Assembly (NCBI RefSeq): GCF_009914755.1
Contig: NC_060930.1
DNA: 64,000 nucleotides
Reading direction: 5' to 3' (one strand)
From: the human T2T-CHM13v2.0 reference genome, Homo sapiens
In this document: piece after piece, positions 27,950-40,310 of the stretch
How the letters are laid out: each line of letters starts with the position of its first letter
How positions within the stretch are numbered: the first letter of the stretch is position 1
Made by a program: the position numbers and the translations under genes
The notes under the pieces: generated by a model
The model's input: only the letters and a program-made list of their open reading frames with translations
Told to the model about the DNA's origin: nothing
Database searches by the model: none

Positions 27950-28677
27950 GTTCGTTCACTCAATGGCACCAACATCTCTGGAGTCAGCTGTGACTTTCCC
28001 TTCTCCCTTCCTGAATTTATCCCTTGCTAGGTAGAGATAAATGCTGTATGGGGACCCTTCTTGTGAACTGCCTCCACCACCACTGTTCTTGTGTGCTACA
28101 TGACCGGAGCTTCTGCAATAATCTTCTATTCCAGATTTTGAGTATTCAAACTATATGATATTCTGCTATTGGGTTAATTTTCTCAAAGCACCATGCAAAT
28201 TTCCAAAGGTCCTCATTTTTTTAACAAAATAAAGATAGTTTTTTTTCAAGTGCTCTAGACTTTTCACAGCATGACCTCCCCCTAGCTTTTCAGCGTTACT
28301 GTATGTACCTTCTTGATCCCACCAAACTAAGCCAAATTAACTTCCCTCTGTATCATCATTCATGTTCCTAGACTCCCCAATGTCACTACACAATTCCAAA
28401 TTTGTCCTTTCTGAAGTCTTTGTTCTTATCTCTGATTTTCCATCATTCTAACCTCCTTTAAGGTACTGTAGACATTCTAGTCAATCATACATTGTAACAA
28501 TTGGTATTATAGTTACGTGTGTAGACACTTTACTCCATGTCATAAGTCTTTACATAAGGCTTGGGCTGGGTCTTTATCATCTTCATATTCTCCACAGTCC
28601 TTATGGAACTTCTTCCCTAAACTCAGTATGCATTCAAATATATGATGACATAATAAATTAAGTTAATGAATAAATGC
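27950..28677 (+). mobile_element. L2 3' fragment (highly diverged)
   Basis: caatggcaccaacat...tctttatcatcttcatattctccacagtcc...cattcaaatatatgatg...aatgaataaatg. Confidence 0.5.
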
Positions 28678-29152
28678 TATTAATTAACTATATGACCCAG
28701 GAAATCTCACTTTTAGCTCAAATTTTCTTATTTATAAAATAATAAGGTTGAAGGAGAATCTTGATATCTGTGTTTCCCTCCAACTTACAAAGGTTACAGT
28801 TCTAAATCATCCCATATCTTCACATAAAGAGATACTACAGTATATTTTGAAAAAGTATAAAAAACAATATATTTGAAATAGGTATAAAAAATCTCTTTGA
28901 ATATAATTACTGCTTTTTTCCCCAGCTTTACACTTCTATTACTTTTAACTCTCTACTAATGTTAGCATAATAAGCACAAATACCATTATTGTTCACAAAT
29001 TAATATAAAAAAGCCTTTTTCTCAAATAAAGGAATGCATAATGGGCTTTTCAGTGGGTAATAAACCAGCAGAATCTGTTTATACCAAGGTTTTCATGATC
29101 TGACAGATTTTCCTAAAATTTAGGGTTGTTGCTATTTGGTAAGAAGTAGGGA

Positions 29153-29189
29153 GCTTACATCTTTCTGTTTATTTTAATTTTAGGTAAGT
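29153..29189 (+). other. Candidate recursive splice site (3'ss immediately followed by 5'ss)
   Basis: cttac (branch-like), U-rich AG-free tract, then TAG|GTAAGT with the junction at 29183/29184. Motif only; no expression evidence. Confidence 0.3.
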
Positions 29190-31369
29190 TGATTAGTGCT
29201 AATGGTTCCTCTTCTTTTGTATACATTTTTTATTTCATCTTGTCAATGCTTTGTTATCAGTTACATCCAGTCTCCTGTAGAGATGCACTATTTCACCATT
29301 GCTGTCATAGTCTAGGACTAATGAGACATCTGACAGTTTTTCATGTTTGTGATATGTGTTCTGTATCCTTAGTACACAGGGGATGTGCCCAGATTTGGAG
29401 AGTAACTGAGCCTGTGGAATAGCAAGACGCTTTCTAATGGCATTTGACTGTATTTTCAAAAACCGTTATGACAAGGGATGTTACTTTGAGTCATCATTCA
29501 GTTAAACAAATAGATGCATGCATTGGGATTCTTGACTTAGTGTGAAAGTTATATTTCACTTGGCATTTGACTGAATATTTGAATTTAAAAGTTTTATTAC
29601 ATAATATACAGGCAAAATAATCCCAGTGCTTATTTTGCTTACTACTTGAGAAAGGCAACAAGAATGAATTTCTGTAATGTGTTTGTAGCAAGACAGGTGT
29701 TTTGAAGTTATTTCATCACATTATTTGATTTGTACACATCTGTGAGTTTCCAGGTATAGAAAGATTTTGTTGACAATTTCAGTTCCTTTGGAGGTTGAAA
29801 TAATTCAACATGCAGCTTATAATTGCTTCTTTACATTGTAAGAATGATCCTCTTTAGTTATAATTGTATGCTTTGTTCCCATTCTTACAATTTTGGAACA
29901 CTCTTATGCATCAATATATTTTAATATATATATAGGGGAGAGAATAAATTATTAACCAACTGCTTAAGCTTTAGCTCTAAGAACTTTATGTTTATCCTAT
30001 ATGAATTATTTTCAAAATTATTACATAGTTAAGATCATTTCAACTGCAAAACTCATTGACCCCCATCTAGTATACTGGATAACATGAGGAAGTTTGACTT
30101 TGCTAATACTTGTCATTTTTCTAAATAGGCAAATTATCCTACCTGGTGTGTTGAAGGGACTCTACTCAATAGCTTGCATTTGGGAAATAACTTTAAGAAG
30201 TCCTGTCTAATCCAAATAAAATGCATTCTACATGCAGTTTAAAGATTCTCTTCTGTTCATCCTTGTATTCCCCAGTCTTGGCTTAGGCATAACCCAGGTT
30301 CTACAACCGGCAGCATTGAGGAATGGGCCAAAACATGGCCTATTTCTTCACTGGTTTTGTTCTATTTCTTCTACCACTTGTTAGCTGTTGCTTCTGGCTC
30401 CTTTAAGATCAGGCAAGGAAGAGGAACTAGAAGAAAAGGGCAAGGTTTAACTTGATCATTGCCATTGGAATCTGGCATTGAGGCCATCAGTTTGTCAGAT
30501 GTGCAAATAAATGCTGGTTCTTTCTCTCAAAGAATGCTTTGTTGGACTCTATAGAATCCTTCCTACTGCCCTCCCCCTGCCTACTCAGGGATCTCCAGCC
30601 CTATACCTTTCTCTGAGGTGGATGACATATTCTCTGGCTGGCCTGAATGGACATTGTCCCCTCAGTTACTGCTTCTAAGAGCATACCTTGCACATACTTG
30701 CTATAGAAGGCAGTTTTCCTGAGCTGTGTACTTTACAGATGTCTCAAATCCAGAGACCTTATTCTAGCCAAAAAGAAAACTCAGCACGTTTGTTTTTGTG
30801 TCTGAAACTTGGACATGCAGCAGGTGCCATTGCAGCTTTTTCTTGGATATTTGCTATCCCATGCCTTTTTCAGATGACAGTCCAAATTCTAGGCAATGCA
30901 GTTGAAGGTTCCAGGAGAATTCTTTTCTATATCCAGGTTCAGTAGTAACATTAAAGTAACCTATGAGTTTCTATAGCTGAATAAGCATGGGATCTGCGGG
31001 CAGAGGGGTTAAAAAGAGAGGCGTTAAGATGTTATTCTTTCCTTTGCAACCTATAGTTGTTCAGGCACAATTACTCTAGAATATAAAGCAGTGTGTTTAG
31101 ATACTTGAACCATTTTTAAATTAATGATTAATTTATATTTAAGGGAAGAAAAATGATCTGTTTTTGTACACACATACACATAGAATCATCATGAATAGCA
31201 TAATGGTAAATGCATGATGTAAATATCTTGAATTCATGACCCAGGGACCAGTACTGTCATGGGTAATGTGAACATTTTAATAAGTTTCTGAACAAAACAA
31301 ATGGTAATGATTCTCAACGTACACAATAGTTGTATTCAAAGGAAATTCTTTGCATTTTTAAACCATGCT

Positions 31370-32050
31370 AGACTTTTACTTCCAGGTATAACTGACTAAA
31401 TTGTGGTCGTTGAAACCCCCTTCCAAAAGCCAAAGGGTAGGGGAAACTATTCAAAAACATCTTGGAGTCACCAAGGCAGCCAGAACTGAAGGAGCCATGA
31501 TCCTGGAGAGAAGGAAACACACTATCATCTTCCCCTCAAAACTCTGGCAAAGTCATAAGCAGTGAACAGTGAGAGGCTGGAAAGATGAGCAGAAACTGGT
31601 TGCCAACATGGTAAAAAACTCAGCAGAAATTTTGGAAGTCTCATAGTGCTAGAGGGATAGAGCTAGAGGTTAGGTTTTGCCAAGGAGGGAGGGACTCAGG
31701 CTCTCCTTTGGGACCCTGAAGGCCTGTTTTCTAGAAATAACAGAAATAGACCAGATTGTAAACACTGAGCCTTGAATTAACTCAATATCCAATTTAAATC
31801 CTAGCCAAATTCTAAAACAAATCCCCTTTGGAGAAAAATAACAATGTTGAGAGTCTCTACAGATTTTTATACCTAATGTTCAGCATTAGATACAAAATTA
31901 TTAGGTATACTGAAAAATGATAGCAAGAAAAAACAGACAATGGAAGAAGGCCCCCAAGTGATATAAATATTAGACACAGATAATATATTAAAATAACATA
32001 ATTTTATCAAGAAAATAGAAGAAAAGATGTAGACTTTTATCAGAGAACTA
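31370..32050 (+). mobile_element. Ancient L1ME/L1M 5'UTR and ORF1-start fragment
   Basis: ggagtcaccaaggcagccagaac...tcctggagagaagg...aatgttcagcattagatacaaaattattagg...ttatcagagaacta. Confidence 0.55.
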
Positions 32051-32056
32051 TGCCCA

Positions 32057-32102
32057 ACACACACACACAGACATAAACACACACACACACACTCTCTCTC
32101 TC
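32057..32102. repeat. Compound (CA)n/(CT)n microsatellite
   Basis: Directly visible. Confidence 0.9.
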
Positions 32103-32463
32103 TGCTCTAGTGTGAATGTTTGTATACCCCTACAAATTGATCTGCTGAAATCTAACCCCCAAGGTGGTAGTATTAAGAGATTGGGGCTTTCACAGGTCAT
32201 TGTCTTGAGGGCTGTGCCCTCATGAATGGCGTTAGTGGCCTTTAATAAAAAAAAGTTTGAGAGAGACTGTTTGCTCCTTTCACCATGTAAGAACACAGCT
32301 GGAAGGTGTCATCTATGAGGAACAGGTTCTCACCAAACACCAGATCCGCAGGCATGTTGATTTTGGACTTCCCAGCCTGTAGAACTGTAGGAAGAAATTT
32401 CTGTTGTTTGTAAATTACCCAGTCTAAGGTATTTTGTTGGAGAAGTCAGAACAGACGAAGATG
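32103..32463 (+). mobile_element. MaLR solo LTR, MSTD/MLT1A-like
   Basis: tgctctagtgtgaatgtttgt...ttggacttcccagcc...aaattacccagtctaaggtattttgtt. Confidence 0.85.
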
Positions 32464-33774
32464 TACACATATCTATGTATATGTTATTAGTATTATAGTA
32501 TTATATAAAACAGAGTTAGGTTCTAGGCTCAGATGAACATAAATATAACGTTAACATGAAGAAACAGAAACAGGTTTTGAACCTATATGAGAATGTTTGT
32601 TGGGACATTTGAAAAGCTGTGGGATTTGAAAAGATTCTTTATGGTATAGAGCTGTCAGGAGCATTGAAGGGTATCTAGTCTCCCTGCTTGGCCAAATGCC
32701 CATAGCACCTTAGAATCATCATGAAAACTGAAAACACTTCCACAGGATTTCCAGATACTGTGTAGGGACAGTAATGCCCCTGTTGAACACTACTGCTCAG
32801 TTGCTCAATCTAACACATTTTTATGGGTAGTGGTGAAGCCAAAGAGTTGTGATAGTTACACAAATCTGCATAGATCATACAGCTGGTTATCTACAGAGAT
32901 GATGTTTGAACCTCCACCGCCTAACTTTTAATACTAACTTCTCCAACCCTCTATTCCACTGAACTTTAAAAATTCTTGAGAAATCTGATTTTGATTTCTA
33001 GGTTAATCAGAAATTTGAGGATTTTTGTGTATATGCCCACGTAAATGAATGACACGAGATACATGAAAACTATTAGTAACTGAAAACCAATAGTTAATTT
33101 TTAAACTCCCTTTAATATGGTAATGCAAATTCCTTTCCAAAATTCTAAAGTAGGTTCAGACTTTTGCTGAGAGTTTAAAGGTCTGAAAACATCTCACCCT
33201 GCTTCAGCTTAGGGGAATCACAGGAATACTTCAAAGACCTCAAGTTTGAAAAATATCAGAAAGTCCTACTTATAGTACAGTTCAAAGCAATCATAGGTGA
33301 ATCATGAGGGATTTCTATGGAAACTTAGTATCCAAATATATTTTTCCTTTGAAATTCACACAGGCTTCTAAATTCAGTTATATTATCATTTTTATAAATT
33401 CTTTCACAACTCCACTATTCTTCAGCATCACCTGAAATCATACCCTCTACTCCAGCTTTAATGTTGAGATATCTGGCGTCTTACAGCCTTCTGAGATATG
33501 TTTTCCATGCATTTGCCCTCTGCTTCTCTTACATGTGGAAAATAGAACTTGCATGAAAGATTTGATCTTTCTCTGTAACTTCACATTTGCATTTTTATTA
33601 CTCCTGTCTCAAAAATGTTGGTATTACTGTTTAGTATTAATGGTTCTTTATTGATAATACTCAAAATTAGTGAATCATTTATTGTTCTGGGTAGGTTTGT
33701 ATGCAAGCTATACTCTGTTTCTTATTTTTTTCCTCTGACCTAGTAGATTCCTAATATCTGCTAGTGATTTATAT

Positions 33775-33880
33775 AGTATTATACATATATGCACACATAC
33801 ATACATACATACATACATGCTAATAATATATATTAGTACTATATACATATATACTAGTAATATGTATATACTGTTGATAT
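33775..33880. repeat. TA-rich/(TACA)n simple repeat flanking Tigger1
   Basis: Directly visible. Confidence 0.8.
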
Positions 33881-33883
33881 ATC

Positions 33884-36285
33884 CAGGCATACCTTGGAGA
33901 TAACGCAGATTTTGTTCCAGACCACTGCAATAAAATGAGTCACCTAAATTTTTGGTTTCTCAATGGATATAAAAGTTATGTTTCCACTCTACTGTAGTAT
34001 ATTAAGTATGCAATATGATTATGTCTAAAATTAAAATGTACATACCTTAACTGAAAAGACTTTATTGCAAAAAATGTTGATAATCATCTGAACCTTCAGT
34101 GAATTGTAATCTTTTTGCTGGTGGAGAGTCTTCCCTCAATGTTGATGGCTGCTGGTTGATCAAGGTGGTGGTTGTGAAAAGTTGAAGTGGCTGTGGCAGT
34201 TTCTGAAATAAGACAATGAAGTTTCCTGCATTGATTGACTTTTCGTTTCATGAAAAGTTTCGCTGTTGCATGAGATGTTTGATACCTCATGTAGAACTTC
34301 TTTCAAAGTGGAGTCAATCCTCTCAGACCTTGTCACTACTTATAAACTAAGTTTATGTGCCATTCTAAATGCTTTGTTGTCATTTTGGCAATGTTCGTAG
34401 CATATTTACAGCAGTAGTTTTCATTTTAAGGAACTCTTTTTTTGCTTACCCATAAGAAGCAACTTGCTCATCCCTTCAAACTCTATCATGAGTTTATAGC
34501 AATTCAGTAACCTCTTCAGACTCCACTTTTAATTCTAGTTCTCTTGCTATTTCTACCACATTTGCAGTTCTTTTCTCCACTGAAGCCTTGGATTCTTCAA
34601 AGTCATCTGTGAAGGTTGGAATCAATTTCTTCCAAACTCTTTAATGTTGATATTTTTACCTTCTTCTCCTATGAATCACAAATGTTCTTAATGGCATCTA
34701 GGATGGTGAATCGTTTCCAGCGGCTTTCAATTTACTTTGCTGAGATCCATCAGAGGAATCACTATCCATGGCAACTATAGCCTTACAAAATGTATTTCTG
34801 AAATAATAAGACTTGAAAGTCAAAATTACCCTTTGATCCATGGCTTCAGGGGTATTTTGTTAGCAGGAATGAAAACAACATTAATCTCCTTATACATCTC
34901 CGTCAGAGCTTTTGGGTGACTAGGTGCATTGTCAATAAGCAGAAATATTTTGAAGGAAATCTTTTTTTCTAAGCAGTAGGCCCCAACAGTGGCTTAAAAT
35001 ATTTAATTAAATTATTAAATATTTTAGTCTGGTTTAACATATTTAATTAAATTATGCTATAAACAGATGTGCTATCATCCAGGCTTTGTTATTTCATTCA
35101 CAGAGTGCAGGAAGAGTAGATTTAGCATAATTCTTAAGGGCCCTAGGGTTTTCAGAATGGTAAATGAACATTAACTTCCACTTAAAATCACTAGCTGCAT
35201 TAGCCACTAAAAAAAAGGGAATCAGCCTGTTTTTTTGAAGCCAGTCATGACTTCTCCTCTCTAGCTATGAAAGTACTAGATGGTGTCTTCTTCCAATAGA
35301 AGGCAGTTCATCTAGATAGTAAATCTGTGGTTTAGTGTGACCTCCTTCATCAATCATCTTATCTACATCTTTTGCATAACTGGCTGTAGTTTCTCCATCA
35401 GCACTTGCTGCTTCACCTTGGACTTTTATGTTATGGAGATGGCTCTTTCTTTAAACCACATGAACCAACCTCTGCTAACTTCAAAGTTTTCTTCTGTAGC
35501 TTCCTGACCTCTCTCAGCCTTCATAGAATTAAAGAGAGTTAGGGCCTTGCCCTGGATTAGGTGTTGGCTTAAGGGAATGTTGTGGCTGGTTTGATCTTCC
35601 ACCCAGACCACTCAAACTGTTATCATATCTGCAGTAAAGCTGTTCACTTTCTTATCATTCCTATGGTCACTGGAGTAGCACGTTTAAGTTCCTTCAAGAC
35701 TTTTTCCTTTGCATTCACAACTTGGCTAGCTATTTAGTGCAAGAGGCCTAGCTTTCAGCCTGTCTTGGCATTTGACATGCCTTCCTTACTAAGCTTAATT
35801 GTTTCTAGCTTTTGATTTAAAGTGAGAGACATGTGTCTCCTCCTTTTGCTTGAAAACTTAGAAGCCATGGTAGTGTTATTAATTGACCTAATTTTAATAT
35901 TGTTGTGTCTCAAAAATATGGAAGCCGAGGGGAGGAAGAGAGATGGGGGATTGCCCAGTCGGTGGAGCAGTCAGGACACACAGCCTTTTTTGATTAAGTT
36001 TGCCGTCTTACATTGGTGCAGTTCTTGGTATCCTAAAACAATTGCAAGAGTAATATCAAAGATCCCTGATCACAGATCACCATAACAGATATTAAAAGGA
36101 TGAAAAAGTTTGAAATATTGTGAGAATTACCAAAATGTGACACAGACACACAAAGGGAGTGCATGCTGTTGGAAAAGTGGTGCCCATAGACTTGCTTGAT
36201 GCAGGATTGTCACCAACCTTTAATTTTAAAAAGACACAGTATCTTCAAAGCGCAATAAAGTAAAATACAAGAAAATGATATCCTC
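33884..36285 (-). mobile_element. Tigger1 DNA transposon (TcMar-Tigger), essentially full length, transposase decayed
   Basis: TIR caggcatacct at 33884; degenerate other end gcgcaataaag...aaaatgatatcct; about 2.4 kb. ORF 35426..35611 ([39 protein letters not shown]) is the CENP-B-type HTH region. Confidence 0.93.
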
Positions 36286-37454
36286 TTTCTCTGTATGTAT
36301 ATATCACTAGTGCAAGAGCTTAGTAAAGAGCACCCCTACATACCTATAGAAAGTAATTACAAGGCCATTTAATTCATTTTATACATGTACACAAAACCAA
36401 ACAATCTCACATTTGTCACAGCCTCAGTGAATTCCATCTCAATGAGCTTTGCTGAAAGGTACTGTACCCTCCAGAGGGGTTGACATTTACTTGCTAGACC
36501 TCGGGGTATGCCAGGGAAACTTAGGAAATTGTGGATGCCAGTTGTTACCCTTCATTCACTTGCTATTTAGCAATGGCCTTGGTAGTAATATATCTCTGAG
36601 AGTGAATTTTCTTCATTCCTCCATTCAACAAATATACTTGAATGCGTGCTTAAATGCAAGGCTCCTCTATTGGTGTATATGTGACCATAGGTTCATATTC
36701 AAATATTTCAGTCCTTGACTTTTTACATGCTTTTTGGAAATCTGCAAAAATATTATTTCAGTCCTAATTCTTTGCTTGAGTTCTTTCATGTAGCTGCACC
36801 ATTGAAGTGAACCATGTATAGTTCACAGCAGCTGTGAAGATAGATTTCAGAGATATCATGAAGGCCTCTGACTTCCCTATATCCTTACCCTCATTTTTCC
36901 TTTCCTACCAACTAACAGATGCTTCTCCTACCAGCTCATGGGTGTGATTGTTCTATTTGGAATTGTTTATACGACTCAAGTTTTTGAAGTGGAAACTGAA
37001 GCCTATTATTTGGTTGCACATTAGTGTGAATTTGCCATTACTTTCAGGAGAGCATGTGTTGATAAGAAGGTGAAGGATTCTGGTTACTTTGAGGAAGGAA
37101 GTGCAACCATTGAAGGAAGCCAGGAGTACCCAAGCCATCTAGAATAGATTCTGCTGATCACCATATAAATTACTGGTTTAGAGAGCTGTTACTGGAATTA
37201 TGATTCTCCTCTTTTATCTCAGGAAGAGACAAGTATGTCATCTAATTGACTAATTAGGCTGATGCTTAGACTTTCAGTGTGTGCTGGTCCAGGCTAGAGG
37301 AATTCACTTAGAATATCAGATTCAACAAGGATTTTTTCTTTTCATAACCCAGAGTGAGAGTTGAGTACTCTCTCACCCTGTGGAAAAAGAATGGTAATAC
37401 ATTTTTTTCTTACTTTACAATAGCCTTATATTTTTATTAATTATATATTTCTCT

Positions 37455-37640
37455 AAAGGTTAGTGTTGAAAGTGTAGATTCTAGAGTCAAGTAGCCTATT
37501 TTCAAATCCTGGCTGTGCTACTTACTAATAGTGTGACCTTGAACAAATTAGCCTCATTGCACTTATGTTGCCTCAAAAATGCAGAAGAAGAATGGGATCT
37601 AACTCATAGGGTGATTGTGGTGATTAAATAAGAAAATACA
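37455..37640 (+). mobile_element. MIR
   Basis: ctagagtcaag...ttcaaatcctggctgtgctacttactaatagtgtgaccttgaacaaatta. Confidence 0.75.
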
Positions 37641-37642
37641 TA

Positions 37643-37804
37643 GTTGGGCATGGTGGTGTGCTCCTGTAGTCCCAGCTACCTGGGAGGTTGAGGCAAGAGG
37701 ATGGGTTGAGCAGGAGTTCGAGGCTGCAGTGAGCTATGATGACTGACCCATTGCACTTCAGCTTGGATGACAGAGTGAGACCCTGTCTCTTAAAAAGGAA
37801 AGGA
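37643..37804 (+). mobile_element. Alu monomer (FRAM/FAM-like)
   Basis: Single right-arm-type monomer. TSD aagaaaatacata/aagaaaatatgta (37630-37642, 37805-37817). Confidence 0.85.
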
Positions 37805-37919
37805 AAGAAAATATGTAGATATAATTTAGCAGTTTGTGGAATGTTAGCATTAACTATATTAAAGTTTCATTTAACAGTTCCTTTATGATTTCATACAGCT
37901 TCAAAATATGGTTGATTAG

Positions 37920-38271
<352 letters not shown>

Positions 38272-38884
38272 CATTTAAATGCTTTTCAATGGCTACTGAC
38301 TATAGTATTTTCTTTATCCTTTTGCAATGCAAGGTATGATAGCTGTTTTCTGAATATATTGGTTCCAGAGAATTACTTGCTCTTTCAGATAGTTTTCCAC
38401 CAGTGGCACCTTTATATGACAACATTGTACACATGTGGTTGTGTGTCAGCTGTTTGTTATATCAACCTGTTAATCCTACATTCCTTAATTTAAAACAGAT
38501 GAAAACTGTGACAAACGCATAAGCTGAATTAATAATTGCCCAGCAAATTTTCCTTTAAACTTGCAAATATACAGTATCCCAAATATTCCCACTAGTGTAA
38601 TCATCTTTTATTTTCACCAAAGTAGCTTTACAAAAGACATCTTTCAAACAACTGTTTCAAAGACTAAGTTACTACTTTCTTTAATCAACACTTGCTGTCC
38701 TTCCAAATGAAGTCTAAATCTGTTTACTTAGACCTGGTCTCTGAACCCTTATAAGCATGTCTGGTATATATTTATAAAGTAAAGCTATTATTAAAAAGCT
38801 ATTATTAAAAGTGTTTGTAGTAGACATAACTTGGTGTGGTTGCCTTGCTTGCAATAACTTCCCAGGTGGTCATGAATATGCTGT

Positions 38885-39256
38885 TTGGGTCACTGATTTC
38901 ACTCTCGGCTGCGACTGAACAGGGCAGGCCAATCATAGTGCCTCCTTTCAGCTCACAAATGATTGTATTATTCAAAAGGTGGTGATAACATCCAAATCAA
39001 ACTTGAGAAAAAACTGTTATTTTAATTTTTAATTTTTTCTTATCAATAGCACTATGATGGTACTTCCAGTACCCCAGTGACATCTAGCCTGAGAAAGAAG
39101 CAGAGATAAAGTCTATAGAGGAAGAGAGCATCTGAATGACGTTTGAGTCCCTGGATCCACTGTGTGAAGCCAGAGCCACTCCTGCAAGTGTTTTGTTTAG
39201 GTTTAAATTTGATTGAGATTTTTATTACTTCAAAGTAAAAAATTCTTACTAATGCA
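38885..39256 (+). mobile_element. Old MLT1J/K-like LTR fragments
   Basis: aggccaatcatagtg...tttgagtccctggatcca...tgaagccag...ttcttactaatgca. Confidence 0.45.
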
Positions 39257-39320
39257 ATGCCTTCAGCCTTCAACCTCAAAGTCACTGAAAGGATCTTAAT
39301 ATTTTCAATGTATATATTTA

Positions 39321-40310
39321 TAACTTATAATTTAATGTATTTATATTATAAATATAACTTATAATTTAATGTATTTATATTATAAATATAACTTATAATT
39401 TAATGTATTTATATTATAAATATAACTTATAATTTAATGTATTTATATTATAAATATAACTTATAATTTAATGTATTTATATTATAAATATAACTTATAA
39501 TTTAATGTATTTATATTATAAATATAACTTATAATTTAATGTATTTATATTATAAATATAACTTATAATTTAATGTATTTATATTATAAATATAACTTAT
39601 AATTTAATGTATTTATATTATAAATATAACTTATAATTTAATGTATTTATATTATAAATATAACTTATAATTTAATGTATTTATATTATAAATATAACTT
39701 ATAATTTAATGTATTTATATTATAAATATAACTTATAATTTAATGTATTTATATTATAAATATAACTTATAATTTAATGTATTTATATTATAAATATAAC
39801 TTATAATTTAATGTATTTATATTATAAATATTATTTATAATTTAATGTATTTATATTATAAATATTATTTATAATTTAATGTATTTATATTATAAATATT
39901 ATTTATATTATAAATATAATTTATAATTTAATGTATTTATATTATAAATATAATTTATAATTTAATGTATTTATATTATAAATATTATTTATATTATAAA
40001 TATAATTTATAATTTAATGTATTTATATTATAAATATTATTTATATTATAAATATAATTTATAATTTAATGTATTTATATTATAAATATTATTTATATTA
40101 TAAATATAATTTATAATTTAATGTATTTATATTATAAATATAATTTATAATTTAATGTATTTATATTATAAATATAATTTATAATTTAATGTATTTATAT
40201 TATAAATATAATTTATAATTTAATGTATTTATATTATAAGTATAATTTATAATTTAATGTATTTATATTATAAGTATAATTTATAATTTAATGTATTTAT
40301 ATTATAAGTA
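39321..40310. repeat. AT-rich minisatellite: 27 x 34-bp units plus 4 x 18-bp units
   Basis: Unit TAACTTATAATTTAATGTATTTATATTATAAATA, 15 identical copies at 39321-39830, then variant units to 40310. Confidence 0.98.

Noticed and set aside
30030-30960. Possible ancient LTR-like stretch
   Set aside because: I could not assign a family or boundaries.
39321-40310. Regular ~34-bp repeats resembling a CRISPR array
   Set aside because: Head-to-tail units with no unique spacers, no cas genes, and a primate context.
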